Positions 57,172-64,000 of a stretch of 64,000 bases of DNA are shown piece after piece. The stretch is from NCBI GenBank assembly GCA_918797485.1, contig CAKKNE010000001.1, positions 1,984,001 to 2,048,000 of the forward strand, read 5' to 3'. Source of the stretch: Pelagomonas calceolata (Eukaryota). Positions within the stretch are counted from its first letter, which is position 1. Every line of letters begins with the position of its first letter. Under the pieces are notes generated by a model. It worked only from the letters and a program-made list of their open reading frames with translations, did no database searches and was not told the origin of the DNA. The translations under genes and the position numbers were made by a program.

Positions 57172-58530
57172 CTAGAGAGCGAGGACCGCGGCGACGAGCA
57201 GGGCGAGGAGCGGACCCGTCCGCGTCGCCGCGTCCGACCCGAGCGCGTTGGACGTTGGCTGGGGCGACACCGTTGGCTGGGCCGTGGGCGTTGGCTGAGG
57301 TGAGGAGACGTAGGCCGAGCCCGAGCCGTAGTAGTCATAAGCTCCGGCCACGACGGTGCCGTTGCTGATCGCCACGGACCAGCCGAAGTAGTCGCCGATA
57401 TTGCCGTCGGAGGCCGTCAATTTGGCCATCTGCCCGTACGTGGCGCCGTCGTTGGTCGTGCGGAACACGTAGGCCGAGCCCGACCAGGCGCCGGCGTCGT
57501 CGTCATGAGGGGAACCGACCACGACGGTGTTGCCGTCGATGGCCACAGAGCAGCCGAAGCGGTCGCCCTCCGCGGCGTCGGAGGCCGTCAATTTGGCCAG
57601 CTGGTCGTACGTGGCGCCGCCGTCGGTCGTGCGGAAGACGTAGGCGGCTTCGCCGTTAGGGGCCCCGACCACGATGGTGGCGCCGTCGACCGCCACGGAC
57701 CAGCCGAAGTAGTCGCCCGCCACTGCGTCACTGGCAGTTAGCTTGGCCACCTGACCGTACGTGGCGCCGCCGTCGCTCGTCTGGAAGACGTAGGTTGAGC
57801 CCTTCCAGTTGTTAGAGCCGTAGTAGTAGGCACCGACCACGATGGTGGCGCCGTCGATGGCCACAGAGTAGCCGAAGTAGTCGTCCTTCGCGGCGTCGCT
57901 TGCAGTGAGCTTGGCTACCTCGCCGTACGTGGCGCCGCCGTCGCTCGTGCGGAACACGTAGGCCGAGCCCGATTTAGTCTTAGCCGATAAAAAGCTGCCG
58001 TCGTCGTCTGCATAGGCCCCCACCACGACGGTACCGCCGGCGAGCGCCACGGAGCCGCCGAAGAAGCCCGCCGCGCCGTCGGAGGGCGTTAGCTTGGCAA
58101 TCTCGTCGTACGTGGCGCCGCCGTCTGTCGTGCGGAAGACGTAAGCGGCTTCGCCGTTAGGGGCCCCGACCACGATGGTGGCGCCGTCGACGACCGCCAC
58201 GGAGTAGCCGAACTTGTCGCCCGCCGCGTCGGAGGCCGTCAGTTTGGCCACCTGGCCGTAAGTGGCGCCGCCGTCGCTCGTGCGGAAGACGTAGACCGAG
58301 CCAGTGTCACTATCCATGGCGTAGGCACCAACCACGAGCGTGTCCCCGTCGATGGCCACGGAGTAGCCGAAGCGGGCGCCCTCCGCGGCGTCGGAGGCGA
58401 CAAGCTTGAGCTGCGCAAGGGTGGCCTCGCTCAGGATCCGATTGCTGCCCCTCGTCACCCTGCGGGCTGGGACCAGCAGCGCCCACGCGTTGGGCGGTCC
58501 AGCCGCGATGAATAAGGCCACAGCGAGCAT
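57172..58530 (-). CDS. Secreted 7-bladed FG-GAP repeat beta-propeller with P/T stalk and probable GPI signal
   Basis: Seven KLxxSD...FGxSVA...VVGA repeats, a PQPTPTAQPT stalk, GSDAA and a hydrophobic C-terminus. Confidence 0.88.
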   Translation of the reverse strand: MLAVALFIAAGPPNAWALLVPARRVTRGSNRILSEATLAQLKLVASDAAEGARFGYSVAIDGDTLVVGAYAMDSDTGSVYVFRTSDGGATYGQVAKLTASDAAGDKFGYSVAVVDGATIVVGAPNGEAAYVFRTTDGGATYDEIAKLTPSDGAAGFFGGSVALAGGTVVVGAYADDDGSFLSAKTKSGSAYVFRTSDGGATYGEVAKLTASDAAKDDYFGYSVAIDGATIVVGAYYYGSNNWKGSTYVFQTSDGGATYGQVAKLTASDAVAGDYFGWSVAVDGATIVVGAPNGEAAYVFRTTDGGATYDQLAKLTASDAAEGDRFGCSVAIDGNTVVVGSPHDDDAGAWSGSAYVFRTTNDGATYGQMAKLTASDGNIGDYFGWSVAISNGTVVAGAYDYYGSGSAYVSSPQPTPTAQPTVSPQPTSNALGSDAATRTGPLLALLVAAVLAL

Positions 58531-58860
58531 CGTTGGGCTGCCCCGGCGGGGCCAGTCTGGCACAGCTCTGGGCAGAGTTAAAAAAAAAAATTCCTCGAGG
58601 CCCCGCGGACGACTCCGCGCCAGGCACTCCGACGCAGAGAAAGGAAGGGCCGTTCTGTAAGACACTAGCAAGCAAAGCCGCGGACGCCTCAAAACGCGGC
58701 ACGCGCCCGCCGCCGATGAATCATCAGCGACGCGCGGTGTCTCCCCCCCCCCCAGGTCTATCCCCCAGGCACTTGTCCTAGCACCGTAACAATAGACAGC
58801 GGCGGCGGCGTGCTAAAGGTAAACGGAAGATAAGGTTACACTAGTACTCGAAACGAATTG

Positions 58861-60006
58861 TCACGCCAGCTCTGCGTCATCCATTGGAGGCACGGACACG
58901 AGCGAGGGCGGCCGCAGGTCGACCTGCTCGTAGATTTGTTGCGGCGGCGGCGCCGGCCGCCTTCTTTTATAGCGCTCGACGTTGTAGGCCAAGACCCCGC
59001 TCGCCGTCAGCGCGAAGCCCCCGTACCCTGAGGGAGCGACGTCGTTCTTCAGGAGACCGATCGAGACCCCAATTAGTACCAATTCCTTCGCGACCGCGGC
59101 CACGGCCAGCGTGAGCGACGACGTCAAAGCTACCAATGTGACTTCGACCGTCAACAAACCCAAGCCGCCGAGCGCCAACGCCAAGGCGGCACCCAATGCT
59201 TTTTGTGCGAGGTCACCGCTACCTGGTGTCCGTATCAACCGCCGCGCATCAAGTAAACCAGCGACTAAGACCAAGAACGCGGCCGACGTCGGCAGCGTCC
59301 TCCTTACCAACTCGGTGGGCTTCACCCGCACACCTTTCTGGCAGGCCTTTTGTGTCAGGCCCCACCGCAGGCCACCGACGGCGCCACCCGATACCGTCAG
59401 CAAGACGCCTAGTAACGAGTCCTTCCCGTGATGATGGTGATCCGCGACGCCTGGTGAACAGAGAATAGTACCCGCGCAGATAACTAAAACAATAAGTATG
59501 GAGGACCAGCGGCACGGCTCGAGCTTCAGTGCCAGACCGGCGCCCAAGACAAACACGGGCGTGCAGGCCTTGATCATCGTATGTGTGGCTACCGAGAGGA
59601 GTAGTAATCCGGCATTGGACAAGGCTACTTCCGCGCCGACGCAGCACGCCACATACATGAGTAATCTATCGGTCTCGTCGGGGAAGACGCAACAGCGCTT
59701 CGTCTCTGTTGTTTCCTCCTTGGGGAAGACGCAAGCTGCGGCTCTTGCGCCGCATTCCGCGGATTTCACGAGAGCAGCTTCCACGACGAAGGTCGCTGCC
59801 ACGAGTGACGCGGGGTACGGAAAGGCCTGGAGAGCGGCCTTAAACGCCAAGGTCATCGCTATCGAAAGGATGGCGTAGCCTAGCAAGGCGGCGGCGACGA
59901 CCGCGGCTTTTGGTTCGGCTGGTGGGTCCATGATTCGACGGGGCGTCGCGCCGTAGCTGAGAGGGGGCGAGTTGCGGTAGGAGATGACCGGCGTGGAGAG
60001 GACCAT
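58861..60006 (-). CDS. TPT/SLC35C2-like drug-metabolite transporter
   Basis: FPYP, LSNAGL, HTMIKACTPVFVL, GLRWGLTQ, TSSLTLAVAAVAKE. An alternative ATG lies at 59931. Confidence 0.85.
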   Translation of the reverse strand: MVLSTPVISYRNSPPLSYGATPRRIMDPPAEPKAAVVAAALLGYAILSIAMTLAFKAALQAFPYPASLVAATFVVEAALVKSAECGARAAACVFPKEETTETKRCCVFPDETDRLLMYVACCVGAEVALSNAGLLLLSVATHTMIKACTPVFVLGAGLALKLEPCRWSSILIVLVICAGTILCSPGVADHHHHGKDSLLGVLLTVSGGAVGGLRWGLTQKACQKGVRVKPTELVRRTLPTSAAFLVLVAGLLDARRLIRTPGSGDLAQKALGAALALALGGLGLLTVEVTLVALTSSLTLAVAAVAKELVLIGVSIGLLKNDVAPSGYGGFALTASGVLAYNVERYKRRRPAPPPQQIYEQVDLRPPSLVSVPPMDDAELA

Positions 60007-60491
60007 CTATGAGCGCGCCGACGGCGGCGCGGCGGCCCGATTGAGCGCGCCGGCGGCGCCTCAGCGGGCCAATTGCAGCTCCGTTCTCTCGTGGGCCAGG
60101 CGCGCCTCCGAGGGCCGTAAAGGCGGCACAGCGCTTAGTGCGCTGCCGTGGCGATTGCGGGTGCTAGTTCCACACGTTGGATCGATGCTGGGCTATAAGA
60201 GCCTGTTTTATTACGGCTGGAGGTTGTGGTGCGGCTTAATTTAGTTTTCTAGCATGTCTATGAGCTAGGTTACTATTTCCGGGTCACCTGAAAAGGGGGC
60301 TCGCTTGAGCTCCCCGGTTGAAGGCGCGAGCAGTTGCTTACGGTATCGACCCCGACTGACCCATAAGGGCGTAAGTCACGGTGACCGGGACTTGGCAGGT
60401 GACTCAAACTTTGGTCTGGACAAAGAAAACAATTTTAAGGGCCCATCATAACGACGGGTCGGTCCTGTGCCAGCAAACCGAACCGCCCATC

Positions 60492-60971
60492 ATGAGCGTC
60501 GTGGAAACCATCCGCGGCCTCCGGAAGATGAGCCTCGCCGCCGACGACGACGGCGCCGCGGCGACGCCGCCCCCGAGTCCCCGGAACTCCAGATGGCCCG
60601 CAGACGGATGTACGATTAGCATCGCGACCGTCGTTGAAGTCATCGGCGGCCTGGACGGCCTTCGCGCGATCCTGACGAAGTACTGGCGCTCGGATCGAAT
60701 CGACGTGACAATGGACGTCTGGGAGGTACATATGCCGAGGGATATGGTCGACTTACTGATTCCAGACCTCGAAGAAGCCCTCTGCCGCGGCTTTTTAGAT
60801 GGCCGCCGCGCGGTAGACATGGCCGTATGCCGTGTCGAATTGTTGATCGAGGAGAACATCACGCTGCCCCTGACGCCTGTCAGCAAGTCGCGTGTGGTCC
60901 AGCTCATACGCGAGAGGGAGGAATATGACTGGAAGCAAATGATTGTTGTTTCTTCCGTCTTTGCAATCTGA
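60492..60971 (+). CDS. Hypothetical protein (159 aa)
   Basis: ORF from ATG 60492 with protein-like composition; no motif recognised. Confidence 0.5.
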   Translation: MSVVETIRGLRKMSLAADDDGAAATPPPSPRNSRWPADGCTISIATVVEVIGGLDGLRAILTKYWRSDRIDVTMDVWEVHMPRDMVDLLIPDLEEALCRGFLDGRRAVDMAVCRVELLIEENITLPLTPVSKSRVVQLIREREEYDWKQMIVVSSVFAI

Positions 60972-61072
60972 ACACCCGCTTCTGCTGGGTGGCGGGCAGT
61001 ACCACGGATACAAGTGCTGTGTAGTTGGATGCAGCATTGATGGGGGGTAGGACGAGCGTAAAACTCCAAACC

Positions 61073-63893
61073 TTACACCCCCGGCAGCACGCCCCCCTTC
61101 GACCGGTACTCGGCCGCCTCGCGCTCGTACCGCACCTTGTCGAGCTCCGACCGCCTCTCCATCTCCTTCCTCTCCGAGTCAGAAGCCTCGGCCCACATGC
61201 CCGTCAGAATACTTTTCAGTTGCGCCTCGGAAGCGCCCGGCTGCGCCCGCCGCAATTCCCTTACATGATTGCGCATGTAGCACCGAAGCGCGGTCCGCGG
61301 AGGCTTCGGCGGCGGGCCCACGGGCACTGGTGGTGGCGGCGCCGGCGCCGGTGGAGGAGGAGGCGGCGGCACGTGCACGACCTTGGCCTTCTTCGGCGCC
61401 GCCTGCTGCACGGGAGAGGCCCGCTTCTTCTGCTTCTTCTCTTGCTTAGCCTTCTCGCGGATCGTGTCCTGCTTGTTTTTATCCTCGACCATCTGCTCGA
61501 ACATCTGGACCACGCGTTGCGGTTGGGTTAACGGTTTCCCCGTCGAAGGATCGCGAGGAGCACCTTTTCGTGCAGCAGCGAGAGCCTTCGCCGCATCTAT
61601 ATAGGCATCATGTCTCCGCTGCAGCTCGGCCATTTCTCTCTCAGCAGACCTAATTAACACCTCGCACCTTCTCCCGATCTGCTCGGGATCTAATGATTTG
61701 AGGAACCAGTCGAACTGGAATTCGGGTCTCGACCGGAAATCGCTCCGGATCTTCCGCCACTCGCCGTAGCCGTGCTCGCAGACCAGCTCCAGTAGTATCC
61801 TCTCTTCATCATGGCGCGTGACCGTCGTCGGCGGGAAGCCAGCGGTCCCAGGGGGATTGAAGCGCAACTCGAGCTTCTCCGGAGTCTCCGAGAACAGCCC
61901 GACAAATTTCCGGGCCGCCTCGAGCAGCCCGGTCATCTCCTGGCGCTTCTTCTCGCCCTTCTCTACAGACTTGACGAGCCTCGCCCATTCGTCGGGCGGG
62001 AAATGGTTCTGACCCTCGCTCCAGAACCGCTCGTTGTACCTCGTGACCTCTCCGTGGCTCTTCCCAAACACGTCTTCGGAAACGCGCTCCAGGTCATCGC
62101 GCCCATGCCTCGACAAAGCTCTCACGAACTGCTGGAAGTGGCCCCGGTGCCAGTCCGGAAAACCTTGAGACAATAAGTGTTCCTTCTCTTCGGCGTCGTC
62201 CGCGTCCAACAGGACCAACGTAGCTAGCGCGTCGTCGTCTCTTAACAGGGCCCGCTTCTTCTCGGGCGTGTCTGTTAACGCTAAGAACCGACGTCTCTCG
62301 ACGTCGCGCAGCTGTTTCAAGCGTTCTTGACCCGGAAATAATTGAAAGTCAGCTAAGGAAGGCATCCGCAGCACCTCGGGCATATCAGAGTCGTCATATT
62401 CTGGTTCTACGGCTTTGGAAGAACGTTTCCTAGCAGGCTCGCCTAGTAACTCCCCGACCTCGTTCTCGGCCGCATATATATCCGCTTTGTACGTCTGCTT
62501 TCGCTCCCGTTTGCCCGTATCTAGGAGGAAGGGCGTCACTCTTTTCGACGCATAATCAGTACCTTCCCACACCGTACTCACGCCCCCGTCCAGCTTGAAA
62601 TCCAGCAGGTCGCCCTTCGACGCCTCCTCCAACCGTTTATTTATATCGTCGGTACGTTTCCTACCTCGTTCGATGATCGCGTCGATGTCCTCATCGCGCA
62701 GCTCGTCGTTCGCGCGGAAGACCTTGTCCGCGCCGAAGCGGACAGCTTTCAGTAATTCCGCCGTCTGGAGTTTTTTGGAAGCGTCTTGCAATCGACCTGA
62801 TTGCACGACGACCGCGTCCAACTTCAATTTTTGGTGGGCCCGCTCGATAATTTTCTCCTCTACCGTTTGTTCAGTAACGAGTCGATACACATGAACGGGC
62901 TTCGTCTGGCCGATGCGGTGGCACCGGTCCATGGCCTGCAGGTCGGCCTGGGGGTTCCAGTCCGAGTCGTACAATACTACCGTATCTGCTGTTTGTAAGT
63001 TAATACCGAGACCGCCCGCCCGCGTACTGAGGAGGAAGCAATATAGAGGCGAAGAAGGCGCGTTGTACTGCTCGATGCGCTCCTCCCGCAGTTCGTGGGG
63101 CGTGGACCCGTCGACGCGGACGTAGCGGTGGCCCCTGCGCGGGACGCGTGGTCTCACGACGACGCCATCGACGCGAAATGAAGACGCCGCATCCATACCG
63201 CATCACCAGGAAGTCCTCCAAGACATCTAACATGCGCGTCATCTGCGAAAAAACAAGGACCCTATGATTTCTCTCTTTCAACCGAGCGAGTAGTTTATCC
63301 AGGACTTTCAACTTCCCACAAGCATCAACCAAGTGTTCCCCCAGAGCCGGTAGCGTCCGATCCTCCACGTGGGGAAAGAGGTAGGGGTGGTTGCAGCATT
63401 TCCGGAGCTGCATGACCAGATTCAGCAACGGCCCGCGCGCTTTCTGCGCAGCCGACCCTTGCACCGTCGAGATCTCCCTCAATAAGCACTGCTTGTAGAC
63501 GTCCCGTTGAATAGGTGCCAATGCAGTAAACAATATAGTTTCCGTCTTTCGAGGCAAATCTTTCTCCACATCTGCCTTGAGTCTCCTAATCATGAACGGC
63601 CTTAGCAATCGATGCAACTGCTCCACCAACATCTGGGTCTTGTCCCGATCCGACGACTGCAAGTTAAACAGCTCGTCAAATCTCTCTGCCGAGGCAAACA
63701 CATCGGGCAGTAGGAAATTCAACAACGCCCAGAGCTCGTGGAGGTTGTTCTGGAGCGGCGTGCCCGTCACGAGTAGTCTATTCTCCGTCTTGAGTAGTCT
63801 GACAGTCTTCGAGAGCTGCGCCCGCTCGTTCTTGATGCGGTGCGCTTCATCGATGATGAGGAAGCGCCAGGGCACCTTCTTGAGGGCGTTGAC
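61073..63893 (-). CDS. ISWI: ISWI (SNF2-family) chromatin remodeller with HAND-SANT-SLIDE and C-terminal HMG box; 5' part outside window; exons 63893-63199 and 63134-61073
   Basis: IIDEAHRIKNE, TGTPLQNNLHELWALLNFL, QLRKCCNHPYLF, STRAGGLGINL, DWNPQADLQAMDRCHRIGQ, FQFDWFLKS. Splicing 63135-63198 restores the frame (VMR/GHRYVRVDG). Confidence 0.93.
63135..63198 (-). other. Spliceosomal intron (64 nt, GT-AG) in ISWI
   Basis: GTATGG...CCCGCGCAG; its removal joins two ORFs into a conserved helicase sequence. Confidence 0.9.
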
Positions 63894-64000
63894 CTGCGTC
63901 GCGGCGGCGCGGTCGCGTGACGACGCCATCGACGCGAGACGCGTAGGTGCTCTCGCGAGACGCGTCGACGCCACCGCCGCGACGGCGTGTTTTCGACGCA
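63894..64000 (-). other. 3' part of a second ISWI intron
   Basis: Ends ...CGCGACGCAG before GTC AAC GCC CTC AAG AAG; the sequence upstream does not look coding. Confidence 0.8.

Noticed and set aside
63000..63974. Apparent frameshift or pseudogene in ISWI
   Set aside because: Fully explained by a canonical 64-nt GT-AG intron.

Overview
Gene-dense, GC-rich, nearly intron-less eukaryotic nuclear DNA from a photosynthetic, probably flagellated stramenopile. Evidence is an LHC with an AxF-type bipartite presequence, DNAAF5 and FAM161-like genes, and GC-rich introns ending CGCAG. A pelagophyte such as Pelagomonas is the best inference. About 37 protein-coding genes are supportable; no rRNA, tRNA, CRISPR array or transposase was recognised. 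Highlights: (1) a tandem pair of SAM-domain proteins whose C-terminal two-thirds looks like a divergent Cys-less pentameric ligand-gated ion channel without a signal peptide; (2) a ~2130-aa intracellular LRR/EF-hand/kinase protein built from seven capped LRR modules with nested duplications; (3) a caspase-fold protein interrupted by two Tudor domains; (4) RMI1 and DNA2 head-to-head; (5) a pseudo-palindromic element, TGCTAGTG-N~6-11-CGCTAGC, in most 5' intergenic regions; (6) a CGCG(T/G)CGA(T/C)GGCGT motif shared by introns and UTR-like regions; (7) unusual fusions: ChaC-PUA, HERP-SUMO-like, ISWI-HMG, and a methyltransferase with an internal Tat-like signal. All family calls come from motif recognition by eye, not database searches.
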